A stretch of DNA of 64,000 bases. Source: the human T2T-CHM13v2.0 reference genome, Homo sapiens. Location of the stretch: the NCBI RefSeq assembly GCF_009914755.1, contig NC_060944.1; one strand, 5' to 3'. How positions within the stretch are numbered: the stretch's first letter is position 1; each line of letters opens with the position of its first letter. The position numbers were made by a program, and so were the translations under genes. The notes beneath the pieces were generated by a model, which was not told the DNA's origin, did no database searches, and saw only the letters and a list, made by a program, of their open reading frames with translations. Of this stretch, positions 30,022 through 43,430 are shown in pieces.

Positions 30022-30349
30022 TCTTGTTTTTTTTGTTTTGTTTTGTTTTTTTTTTTTTTTTTTTTTGAGACAGAGTCTCACCCTGTTGCTCAGGCTGAAG
30101 TGCAGTGGCATGGTCTCGCCTCACTGCAGCCTCCCCCCGCCTGGGTTCAAGCAATTCTGCTGCCTTAGCGTCCTGAGTAGCTAGTATTACAGGCACTTTC
30201 CACTGCGCCCAGCTAATTTTTGTATTTTTAGTAGAGACAGGGTTTCACCATGTTGGCCAGGCTGGTCTTGAACTCCTGACCTCGTGATCCACCCCCGGCC
30301 CTGGCCTCCCAAAGTGCTGGGATTGCAGGCGTGAGCCACCTCACCCGGC
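30022..30349 (-). mobile_element. Alu
   Basis: Antisense Alu; TSD CTATAATTTCTT. Confidence 0.9.
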
Positions 30350-30599
30350 CTATAATTTCTTATAAGTGAAAATCGTAAAGGGCGTATGCATTATGTATTT
30401 TGATAAGTGTTAACACGATTGCAGTTGTATTCGCTCATACTGAGAGGAACAGTACCTGAGGGTTAGAAATACATTTTGATAGTTCTACTTAAAATTCACT
30501 TTCCTTTGAAAACAGCTCATTTCACAATGTTTAAATATCGTTGTTTAGGTCTTTTGAGACAATGTATGGCTATTTGCAAGGTGTGTTATTCTTTTTCAG

Positions 30600-30692
30600 C
30601 TTAGGAATCATATTTTATACTTGATAGAAAATTATCAGACGGTGGTGATTGTTGGTGAAACAGGATGTGGGAAGAGCACACAGATTCCTCAG
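30600..30692 (+). CDS. DHX35: DHX35 exon 3 (Walker A / motif I)
   Basis: tttcag|CTT...CAG|gtgagt; 93 nt; LRNHILYLIENYQTVVIVGETGCGKSTQIPQ. Confidence 0.96.
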
Positions 30693-31710
30693 GTGAGTAC
30701 ATATTTAATAAGTGTCTTTACACTTCGATTTGGCTGGAAGAATTTTGTAACTTGAGAGCTCTCTTTACTATCATTTACATTTTTAAGGTCTCCTTTCAGG
30801 AAATGTTCACTTCAACTAGATATTTTTTATTAAACTTTTAGGGCTTATAATTTCTTTGGTGAGTACTAAAGTAACAGTTTGTCTTCGATTTATTATAATT
30901 CCAAAATAGTAATGGAATGGCCATCTTCTGAAAGTTACAATGGAGATTTATTCAAAGATGTGAAATATAGAGTTTTTATCCTTAAATAGTTACAGTTGAA
31001 GGGGTGGGGTAAAATGAATTTTGCTGTAGTTGTAAATAAAAATTGGCTGTTATAGTATTATGCAGTGCTATGGAAGAACCCTTTCTTACTAGGAAAAATC
31101 CTATGTGATGTGGATAGGAGTAGAAAGAAGGATCAAGAAAGGCCTTGTAAAGGAATTGGCATTTGAAATTGACCTTGACTGGGAGCTGACTGAGAAGATA
31201 TTCCAAGCCAGTGAATATTGTGGTTAGAAATACTGGGGTGGAGAAGTGTAGGGTGAGTTCAGAGTGTGTCTTAAGAACCTTAACTTGAAGAGTGAAGACT
31301 GACTGAGCTTGAGAGACCTTGCAGGTTCTTACTTCCTTTTTTAATGTTAATTTTCTTGAGGTATGACATATATGTAGGAAAGTACCTATATCATAATTGT
31401 ACACCTTGATACATTTCTGCAAGTGGAATACATCTGTGTTACCAGCACCCAGATCAAGAAGCAGAACATTACCAAAACCTCAAGAACTCTTCTTCTGTGT
31501 TCTGTTCTCATCTCTAACTGCCATGTCTGCTTACCCCTACAATCATGAACACAAGGGTAGCTCTTATTCTGGCTACTAACCTCATAAATTAGTTTTGCGT
31601 ATATTTGGAATTTTATAAAGGAATAATATAGCTGCTTTTGTCCAACGTTATGTGTGAGTCTTCCTTGGTGTTGAATTAGTTGCAGTTTGTTCATTCTCAT
31701 TACTGCATAG

Positions 31711-31937
31711 CAGGGTTCGGCAAGTCACAGCCAGTGGGCCAGATGCAGCCCGCTGCCTGTTTTGTAGAGAAATCTTTGCTGGCACACAGCCACTCCTACT
31801 TGTTGATATATTGCCGGTGGCTCCTTTCAGGCTACCACACAGGGTTGAACAGTTTTGACAGAGACCCTACGATCCTCAAAACCTAAAAATTACCATCTGG
31901 CCCTTTACAGAAATGTAAAATGTAATGCTAACCCCTG
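31711..31937. mobile_element. MER58A-like hAT DNA transposon inserted in an old L1
   Basis: cagggttcggcaag...cagcccgctgcctgttttgta...ctggccctttacagaaa...gctaacccctg with terminal inverted CAGGG/CCCTG. Confidence 0.7.
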
Positions 31938-34377
31938 CTAGTTAGTATTCCACTCTATGAGTATTCTGTGGTTTGTTTATTTTTCCTGTTGTTACTGACA
32001 TTTGAGTCATTCCTAGTTTTTAGTTATGGATAGTGCTGCTGTGAACATTCATGTGCTTGTCTTTGGTGAACGTATGTGCACATTCTCCTGCTGGGCTCTA
32101 CCTAAGAGTAGCATTGCTGGATCCTGTGTTCAACTTTAGTAAATAATGTCTAAGATATTCAAAGTGGTTGTGTCCTTGTAGGGTTTGCAAGCAAGTAAAC
32201 AATATGACAAGCTGAGCTTTAGATAAATGATTATATTGAGATATAAGGTGACTTAGAAACTGGAGGAGGCAGGCCATAGAAAGCTATTGCAGTGGTCTAG
32301 AGAAGGATGGTGTAACGGGGTCCTCAACCAAGAGGTGATAGTGGGATAATCTGGTGAGGATGGGAAGGAGAACAATTTACAATTTTAGCGTTAGGGTCTG
32401 TAGACATTAGAAACTTAGGTTGGTGCTTTTGCACCAATCTAATAGATGGATATTTGTGATGACAAAGGGGAAGGGACAAAGGTGCACAGTGACTGATCAC
32501 GACTTGCTGCCTTGGCGAACAGTGCTAGTATTAAATGTGATAGAAAAGTAAAGATTGTTTTTTTGAGGGGAAATTAATGTGTGTGTTTTTAAACATATTT
32601 ATTTTTTCCTATATTATTGATGGCCTTTGATGACATTAGCAGGAAGTTTGGAATGGGAATCTGAAGCTTGGCAGAGGTCAGACGTAGAAGGTGTGGACAT
32701 AGGGATTGAACATCCTGATACATGCAGGAAGGAGATGGAACAGAAATAACTGAGAAGAGGATTAAGGACAAAGTCCATGGAGCATCAACATTCAGGAGTC
32801 AGGAGCAGAAAGGAGATAGAATGGCAGCCAGGGAAATGACAGAGGAACCAGCAGACTCTTCATGGTTAGAGAAAGCAAAGACAGAGTGAGGTTTCTGGAG
32901 AGGTGGGTAGGTGGCAGTTTCAGCCAGCAGAGCGGCCAGGGAGCAGGAGAACTGGTTCAGTCCTGGGTTATTCATCTTGGAGATAGCACGTCCAGTGGTA
33001 GGGTTTTAGGGTTAAGGGTGTCTAAGGGTAAGATGATAAAAATCCCTTTGCACATTTGAATATGTTAACAATGTGTTGTTGACTGTTTGGTCCAGACTTG
33101 TGGTCATGCCAGGATCTGTGTAGATCTTTTTTTTTGTCTGCTCCCCAACTCCATTTTGAATAATGGGTTTATAAATAGGTTGGGACCCAGATGTAGGTAT
33201 TTTTTTAAAGTTTCCCAATAGACAGCTAGGGAAAGGTAGACAGACCTAGTAAAGGTAGATGACCTAGTAAAGGACAACTTGAAATGCATGCAGCAGAGGA
33301 AATGGTGGCCTGGAGGAAAAAGATAACCGTATACGCAGATGGAATTGAGAGCCTAGTAAGTTACTCATTTCTTACAGGAAGAAACAGGAGAAAGGTTAAA
33401 TTACTGTGTGATTGTCATTTAGAGAGTAATATAACAATAGTATAACAAGTAATAACAGTAATAAGTGCTACATAAAGTGATTTTACACATGTTGATCTGT
33501 TTAATCCTCAATGACCCTATGAAGCAAATACCATTATTATCTTCATTTTATAGGTGAGGACACTGTAGAGAGTAATGAGGTTATGGAATATAGAACAGAG
33601 GTAAAAGACCACATGATGTTCCAGAATTGTTTGGGAATTAGTCTGTGACGTTATGTAGTCAGCTTAGGATAAACTATGTTCTGGTAACAAAGAACCTGAA
33701 AATCTCAGTGGCTTAAAAACACAAAGGTTTATTTCTTGCTCATACTGTGTGGTTATCTTGGGTTGGCTTTGAGATTCTATCACATCATCATTGGGCCTTA
33801 GGCTGATGGTACTGCTCTTATGAGGCACTTGTTGATCTTGTGGTAGATGGCAGAATCATGAGACAGCTCTTAAAACTTCTGACCAAAAGTGGGCCTTCTG
33901 TTCACATTTCATTGGTCAAAGCAAGTTATATGGCCAGGCCTGATAGCAACGGGGTGACAGTGTATATAATCCTCCCATAGGGATGGGTGGCAGGTATTTG
34001 GAACAATGATAAATATATCACAGTGATTTGGCCATTTACTCCTGCAAGGCTTAGCTGCCAGGGAACAGAGAGGGCCTGCTGTGTTACTAAGTCCAGGGAA
34101 AGCTGGTGGGAAGGAGAAAGAGCAGAGGCTGAGGATCTAGGCTGGGTAATGTGGGCAAACAAAGGTAGTTTTTTTTCTTTTAATTTTAAGATTTGAATAT
34201 TTTTAATATTTTTGAACATTAATAGGTTCACATGATTTAAAATTCAAAAGGCACAAAGGGACATACAAAGATTTCCTTCTGCCCTGTCTTCCTGGTACCC
34301 ATTTCCTTTGTGCAGTTATAATCAGTATTATGAGTTTCTTGGTAGAAATTTTTTCATGCATTTACAGAGAAGTGTCT

Positions 34378-34399
34378 GTGTGTGTGTGTGTGTGTGTGT
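34378..34399. repeat. (GT)n microsatellite
   Basis: gtgtgtgtgtgtgtgtgtgtgt. Confidence 0.85.
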
Positions 34400-34504
34400 A
34401 TGCACATATATGCCCTATTTTAAACATGAAACATCTATACATGTTTTAGTATGCCTTGACTTTTTTTTTTTTTACTTATTCTTTCATTTTAAAAAAAAAC
34501 TGTT

Positions 34505-37190
34505 TTGAATTGACACATAACTGTGCATATTTATGGGATTTAGTGTAATGTTTTGATATATGTATATGTTGTATAATGATCAAATCTGGGTCATTATCAT
34601 ATCCATCACCTCAAACATTTATCATTTCTTTGTGGTGAGAACCTTCAAAATCTCCCTTAGCTATTTTGAAGTCTATGGCACATTATTGTTAACTATAGAC
34701 ACTCTGCTGTGCAGTAGAACACCAGAACTTATTCCTCCTATATAACTATAACTCTGTGCTTGTTGACCAACCTTTTATTCTCCCTACTCCCTGTTCCCCT
34801 CTTCCCTCTGCAGCCCCTAGTATCCACTGTTCTATTCTCTACTTTTGTAAGATCAACTTTTTTAGATTCCACATGTGAGTGAGCTCATGCAGTATTTGTC
34901 CTTCTGTGCTTGGCTTATTTCACTTAATATCATGTCCTCTAGGTTCATCTGTGTTGGCGCAAATGACAGGATTTCATTCTTTTTTATGACTGAATAGTAT
35001 TCTATTGTGTATATATATCACATTTTAAAAACCAGTTCATCTGTTGTTGGACACCTAGGCTGATTCCATGTCTCGGCTGTTGTGAATAGTGATGGGAGTG
35101 TACATGTCTCTTTGATGTTCTGGTTTCCTTTCCTGGGAATAAATACCCAGTAGTGGGATTGCTGCATCATATGGTAGTTCTGTTTTTAATTTTTCGAGAA
35201 ACCTCCATATTGTTGTCCATAGTGGCTGTACTAGTTTACATTGTCACCAACAGTGTGCAAGAGTTCCCTTTTCTCCACATTCTTGTCAACATTTGCTGTC
35301 GTTCATCTTTTTGATAGTAGCCATTCTATCTGGGGTGAGGTGGTATCTCATTGTGGTTTTGATTTGCATTTTCCTGATGATTAGTGATGTTGAGCATTAT
35401 TTCGTATATATGAAATAATACACTGTGCATCTTCTTTTGAGAAATGTCTATTCAGGTCTTTTGCCCATCTTTTTTTTAACTTTATTAAAATACTGAGTTT
35501 TATTTCACATTTATTTTACATATTTTTGTCTCCCCACCATTTCCATGTCTGACCACCACTACTATTATGTCCTATCATGACATTCCATACATACCTAAAA
35601 CCAAGCAAAGGGTGGAGTTCCATCTTTAAAAATGAAACAGGCATTTTGGACAACGCAGTCTTGGCAATGGAACCTGGACAACATTTATCAAACACGGTAG
35701 GGAAAGTTCTCACTCTGCATTATAAAAAGAACAGCCAGATATCAACTGTTGCTGCTTGCATTTTTGCTTTAGTGTTTTCTACAGAACTTTTGATATTTTA
35801 GGAATTTTTTTCTTGTTTTTTGAAGGATTCTTGTCCTTTTGATCTTGGTGTTGGTGGTATTGAGTCTTTTCCATTCTGATTTGACTTTTGTGCATTTTTT
35901 GGCTGGAGTATCTTGTATAGCTTTCTTTACTGGGGCTTTTTCTTCAGTTTCCTCATCATCAAAATCATCATCATTAGCAGCAGCAGCAAGTTTTACTTTT
36001 TTCTCTGGAACGTTGCTACCACCTCCAGGGGCAGATCACCTTCCAGATATACTTAAGAATTTCACATCTTCTTCCTCTTCATCTTCTGACTCTGCATCTT
36101 CCTCTACAGCTACTAAGTGCTGTCCACTAATATGCACTGGCCCTGAGCCACACTTCAACTGTAAGACCACCGGTGGTATTATTTCAAAGCCCCTAAGGGA
36201 AATCATTGGCTGTACAGACATTTTCAAAGTTGCCAGTGTTACTTTAATTGGACTGCCTTCGTAATTCATTGCCTCTGCTTCAACAATGTGCAATTCATCC
36301 TTTGCACCAGCCCCTGAGCTGACCGTTCTTAAAGATAACTGGTGCTCATCTTCATCATTATCCACCTTAAAGTGATCATCTTTGATGGCCTTTAGTTCAC
36401 AACCAAAAAGATAGTTCTGGGGCCTCACAGGGCTCATGTCCGTGTCCATCACATCTTTCATGGGGTGGTGGCACGTACTTAGGTGGGAGAGAAGGCGGAT
36501 GGAGATAAATGACCCCTGCTCCAGAGAACAGCTGTGCAGGGTGGAATCACACCCTTTTGCTCATTTTAAATTGGATTTTTAGTTTTTTGCTATTGAATTG
36601 TTTGAGCACCTTATATATTCTAGATATTAACTCTTTATCAGATAATAGTTTGCATTTATTTTCTCCCATTCTGTAGGTTTTCTCTTCACTCTGTTGATTG
36701 TTTTCATTGCTGAACAGAAGCTTTTTAATTTGATGCAATCCCGTTTGTCTATTTTTGCGTTTTGTTGCCTATGTTTTTGAGGTCATATCCAAAAAATCCT
36801 TGCCCAGACCAGTGTCATGAAGTGTTTCCCTTCTCTTTTGTTCTGGTAGTTTCATAACTTTGGTCCTTTCATTTAAGTCTTTTATCCATTTTGATTTGAT
36901 TTTTATATGTGGTGAGAGTTAGGGAACTGGTTTCATTTTTCTGCGTGTGATTATCTAGTTTTCCCAGCACCATTTATTAAATAGATTGTCCTTTCCCTAA
37001 GATGTGTTCTTGGTGCTTTTGTTGAAAATCACTTGACTTTAAATGTGTGGATTTACTTCTGGATTTTCTGTTCTGTTCCATTGGTCTGTGTGTCTGTTTT
37101 TATGTGAGGACCATGCTGTTTTGTTTATAGCTTTGTAACGTTTTTTGAAGTCAGGTAATGCCTTCACACTTGGTCTTTTTTTTCACATAA
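34505..37190 (-). mobile_element. L1 (L1MA-like) 3' portion, split by the NPM1 retrocopy
   Basis: Antisense L1 3' end text (gattccacatgtgagtgagctcatgcagtatttg..., gagaaatgtctattcaggtc) resumes in register after 36554. Confidence 0.85.
35471..36553 (-). pseudogene. NPM1P19: Processed nucleophosmin (NPM1) pseudogene, probably NPM1P19 (symbol from recall)
   Basis: Intronless; NPM1 5' UTR (gtgtgattcc...ttctctggagcag), ORF 36461-36036 with [11 protein letters not shown] and [31 protein letters not shown] ending at a premature TGA; two internal deletions; NPM1 3' UTR with AATAAA and short A tail; TSD CTTTTGCYCATYTT at ~35458-35471 and 36554-36567. Confidence 0.93.
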
Positions 37191-39700
37191 TGTATTGTTG
37201 GTTTTTTTTTCCAGTTCCATAGATGCTAGTATGTGAACATAATTTACCAATCCCCAATTGATAGCCATTTAGGTTGTTTACAGTTTTGTATTATCACAAT
37301 GATGCAGTGGAGTCAGTTTGCACATAAATCATTTTGCACACATATAGATATTTTTATAGAATAAATAAAATACTTATGGGGTTGCTGGCTCAAAACACAT
37401 GTGCATTTGAATTGAATTATTTTAAGGAATTGCATTTTATTATAAACTTTTTAAAAATAGGAAATACATTTACATAGTACAAAATTCAAAAAGAACAAAG
37501 GAATAAATGGTGAAAAGTTAATCTCCTAAGCTTTGCTGTTGAAAATGACTAGATCATTGTAATAGATTGTATTATTGGTCCAAATATCTGCTACCCCTCT
37601 TATGGAGTATTCCCTTTTCTCCTAGCCACTCAGTTCCCCGTACCTGAGACAGTCACTGTTTCCAACTTATTGTGAAGCTAAATTTGGGCTATGATCTAGG
37701 AAAATTGGAATGGCTGAGGAACTAAAGGTTACAGCAAGGATACGGAGCAGGTTTTTCTCTCTTGTTAGATTTATATAGTACCTTTCCTTGGGAAAAAACA
37801 ATGTGCAAAAGCACTGGATACTTAATAATTTTGAAATTCTACAAACTATATGTAGAACCTAGATGATTTTTTTTTTTTTACTAGAGTTCTGTAAAAAAAA
37901 AAACAAAAATAAGGGCTATGAACACAAGCTCTTCTTAAGTACAGTTTTTATTAGTACTGTTATTGGTGGAGTTCTTCCTAATTCTGTCCTTTAGCCAGAA
38001 GCCCAGATTTGGTGATCCTTAAAAAGAGTGGAGAACTCAGATGGACTTCAGCTACGTTTTAGTGATCTCCCTCCGTGACTCTCCACTGCCTCTTGACGTT
38101 AGCACTACACCTGCTTTTTCAGTAGCTTTAAATTTCCACCTCTCAGCAATCATAAGCATGCCATAGAAGTCTGAATCACACAGGGTATTGAGGTGACTAG
38201 CTTTATGGACAGGCTTATTTTTATGGAAATTGTTTTTCTTTCACTTAACACTACTGCTAAGAGATTGGCTATGTGTGTTTGAAGTTGGATAATATGTTGT
38301 GTTCTGTTTATGTGTCATGACTTTGGTTTGCTGAGCTTGAAGTCCAGGATACAGATTTTTATTTGTTTCCTTGGACAAATTATGTGGCCTCTTTGTTTCC
38401 TCATCTGTGTATTGTTGATGATGATGTTACCTTCCTTATAGAATTTGTTTTGAGGATTAAATGGGTCAATGCATATAAGGCACTCAGTACAGTTCCTGGC
38501 ACTTAATAAGGTACTCATTGACTCTTAGCTATTATTCTTATAGTTCTGTTTTTTTTTTTTTTTTTGTATTTGTGTTGATTGGGGTGGTTGGTAGTATTTT
38601 GTATATGTATTTAATACAAGATAAACTTTATAGTTTTTATAGCAAAAACCCTACATTATCTTCAACCCTTTGTTTCTTACAGTCATTTTCTAAACTTTAT
38701 TTTTAACTACTTTTAGACTAATAGAAAAATTGCAAAAAACAATACAGAATTCCCTTATACTCTTCACTACTAGTGCAGAGATCGAAAGCAGGACATTAAC
38801 ATTGGTACAATAATAGTAATTAGACTATAGGCCTTATTTAAATCTCATCAGTTTTCTTACTAAGGTTCTTTTTTAGTTCTAGGATCCTACATTGCATTTA
38901 GTTGTTGTTTCTCCCTAATCTTTTCTAGGTTGTGCGAATTCCTCAATATGTCTTCATCTTTCATGAACTTGACACTTTAAAAGACTAATGGGATTTACTT
39001 TGTAGAATGTTCCTCAGTTTGGGTTTATGTCATGTTTTCTCATGATTAGAAGGAGCTTATGTATTTTTGGCAAGAATACTACAGAAATGATATTGTATCC
39101 TTAGTGCATCATTTCAAGGGTTCATAATGTTGATATGTCTTGTCACTGGTAATAGCAACTTTGGTCACTTGGTTAAGGTTCCAGCTTTTGCCTATGAAAC
39201 TACTGTCTTTCCCTTTTTAGTTGATATGTATCTTGGGGGACATATTTTCACACTGCAAATAGTCTACTTTTCTTCCAACTCTCACCTACTAAGTTTAGTA
39301 TCCCCCTCAGTGGATCTTGTCTGTAGCAGTGATGATTTTCTTTTCTCCTCTTTCCCTCTATCTTTATTAAATGTAATTTTCTGTAAGGAAGAACTGTGCT
39401 TTCTTCCTCACTTATTTCTTAGATTATTTGCGTATATCAATATGGATTCATAGATACTTATTTTTTTCTATGTGTTAAAGCCCAATACTGTCATTATTTA
39501 TTGTGTTGCTCAGATTGTTTCATCTTTGAATATTAGAAGCTCCTTCATTTTGGCTCCTGTTTTCTTTCTAAAGCTTTCATTTTTTTGACCGCTTCCTTAC
39601 TTTCTAGTACTACAAGATGTTTCAGGCTTGTCTTATATTTTTTCCTACACAAGCCCTGGTTCCTTTTATTGGAGAATGATGTTTAGAAATCATGATCTGG

Positions 39701-40058
<358 letters not shown>

Positions 40059-40945
40059 TCAGTGAGCAGACTTAGGAAATATATGTATGAATATTAAGCC
40101 ATACATTATAAAAACATCTAGCTATCTGTATCTGTCTATCCATCTATATTTTAAACACCATGAGTTTATGCAAATGCTTCTGATTCCAATCTAATACCAT
40201 AGGGCTCTTTTGAGCCTTTCTTTATAACTTCTCTGCAACAATGAGAAGCTTAGTCCTTATCATCTACAGTATATTTGTGGATTCATTAAAATAGTTTCAG
40301 AATTGCTAACTTGTAACCTTGTTTGGATATTTACTAACTAGATTACAGCATTTATGTACAGTTCTTTCTGTCTTTAGCCTTACAACATACAGTCAAGATA
40401 TATTTTTCCATCATTCCTTAGGTAAGTTCTTTTCTTCTCCACCCCCTGCAGTGTGGTTATGTTATTCATTTGTAGTATAGAAAGGGTCATCTGTTAGTGT
40501 TTATATTTCCTTTAGGTTTCCCTCCACATCCTGGTTGGTTTTATTTGTCTTCTGGGTGTTTAAAAAGTATGTGAAACATGCATGGCTGTGATTCTCAGAG
40601 TCAGAGCTACACAAAAAGATCTATTGAGAGCATTGACACGCCCTCTTTATCCCTGTTCCCCTCCCTCCATTTCCCCTTCTTTCTACACCTTTCCCACCCA
40701 TTCCCTGTAGACAACCATTTCTTAGTATCTATATTATCCTTCCTTTATTTCTTTTGAACACATGAGCAGGTACACGCAGTAACTTTTAAAATCTTTTTTC
40801 TATTGTAGAAGTAATACATGTTCATTGTAAAACTATTAGATGTTAGAAAAACATGTAACTGATAACCACTGTTATCCGTATTGGATTTTAAGTGCATATA
40901 ATCAAATAAATACATAGATATTAAATAAGTAGGTAACTCAGATAA

Positions 40946-41250
<305 letters not shown>

Positions 41251-41733
41251 TTCAATCAAATTTTATATATGTGTACTAATCTAATGGTGTATAGTCATAT
41301 ATATAAAATCCAGTTGTTTTATTTAATATGGCTGAAATGTGTTGTGTGGTTGATATTTATGTTGAGCCATCTCTATATGTGCTTAAAAATTCTTTGTTCT
41401 ACAGAGTTAGCACTGTTTTGAGTGACCTGTGGATAATTTTTTGTTCCCTGAGGCATCTGTAGTACATGGTGATTTTCCAGGACTGGGGTGTCAGAATGCT
41501 GGAATTGCGCCTTAGTTCTTCTGTTGATCAGCTTTGATGTGAACTTAAGTAAATCACCTAACATTACCAAGCCTCAGATCCTCCATCTGTAAAATAATTC
41601 CCAAAGTTCTGCTGGGACAAGAACTGTACTTTTTCCTTTCTTAGTGATTTTAACACAATACGGGAGCATCTTGGGGGAGATTGCTCTGCAAAAGTGGTAT
41701 CATATGTATACTTAGATGTGATTTTGTTTGTAG

Positions 41734-41811
41734 TACCTTGCAGAAGCCGGCTGGACAGCTGAAGGAAGAGTGGTAGGAGTGACCCAGCCTCGAAGAGTGG
41801 CTGCTGTTACA
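41734..41811 (+). CDS. DHX35: DHX35 exon 4 (motif Ia)
   Basis: ttgtag|TAC...ACA|gtgagt; 78 nt; YLAEAGWTAEGRVVGVTQPRRVAAVT. Confidence 0.96.
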
Positions 41812-41899
41812 GTGAGTTTCTTTTTGTGTTGGAAAGATTCTATCTGTGTTGTCTACATTTGTGATTTGTTTACATTTCCTAAAGGCTTTAAATGAATAG

Positions 41900-42243
<344 letters not shown>

Positions 42244-43137
42244 CAGGTCTTCTGTTTTAAAAGAATTATGATTTGAATATTTTTGTTAAATTGATCCTGC
42301 ACATTATGAACGTTTTAAACAATAAAGTGCTGAGGAAATAAAAAAACAATATATTTTTAAAACCCCAAATTTCACCATCCAACATAAACAATGTGAACAT
42401 TTGTGAACATCATTCCAAGCTTCTCCTAAAGATGAAGATGAATGGTTGACTGGCTGGATAGAAATAATTTTATAAAAATGAGATCATATTTAATATTTAT
42501 TTTTTATTGAATTTAACAAAATAGGAAACTTTAGTGAAATAGGAGTAGCGACTGTACTTTGGATAAATGTTCACCGCAAGATAATTTATTAAAGCTTGAA
42601 AAGTAAGAAAAAAGAGTACAAAAAAATTCAGGATGTTACCTATATTTCAAATTACGCCTTATAGTTTCCTGTTATGAAAGAAGAGGAAATTAGCACATGT
42701 ATTCTTCTTTCCACCTTCCCTTTCTCCATTTGTTGTAGATACAGTCCTGTCATTTTCATTTCAAGATTTATAATATACATGTTCTTAATCATAATTCTCA
42801 CAGGTGTTTAACCTTAATTCTAGCTTGAATGGATTCATTACTCATCATTAGTTATTTTCTATGGTTTTGCTAACCTTGAATTGCTTGTTTTGCTTTTATT
42901 TCTTGTATTGGCTGAATTTTATCATTCAGCTTTTTTTTTTTTTTAATATGCTTGAGAATGTTCAGTTGTGGTTTTTGTTGATATAAAATTCTTGATTCAC
43001 ACTGTCCCTGCAAACTGCAGACTTTGCTCACTGCCTTTTGGCGTTGAGGATCACTGTGTAGAAGTCTGAGCCACCATAAGTTTTTTGTTGATAGTATGTT
43101 TGAATTCTTTTGTTGTTTTTAAATTAGCTCTGAGAGA

Positions 43138-43430
43138 TTGGGTGTGGTGGCTAATGCCTGTATTCCCAGCACATTGGGAGGCCGAGGCAAGAGGATTGCT
43201 TGAGCCTAGGAGTTTGAGAACAGCCTGGGCAACATAGCAAGACCCTGTCTCTACAAAACAATTTTTAAAAAAATTAGCTGGGCATGCTGGCACCTGCCTG
43301 TGGTCCCAGCTACTTCGGAGGCTGAGCCAGAAGGATCTCTTGAGCCCAGGAGTTAAGGTTGCGGTGAGTTATGATCGTGTCATTGTACTCCAACCTTTAC
43401 CCTATCTCCAAAAAAAAAAAAAAAAAAAAA
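43138..43430 (+). mobile_element. AluJ-like
   Basis: ggattgcttgagcctaggagtttgag (AluJ-type) and an A tail. Confidence 0.85.

Noticed and set aside
33232-33273. Short duplication of gacctagtaaagg
   Set aside because: Ordinary small tandem duplication with no functional cue
35839-36264. 141-aa + strand ORF
   Set aside because: Antisense shadow of the NPM1 pseudogene; its Ser runs mirror the Asp/Glu codons
41734-41743. Second AG 10 nt inside exon 4 (taccttgcag)
   Set aside because: Lies downstream of the first AG and is explained by the Ala-Glu codons; no support for use
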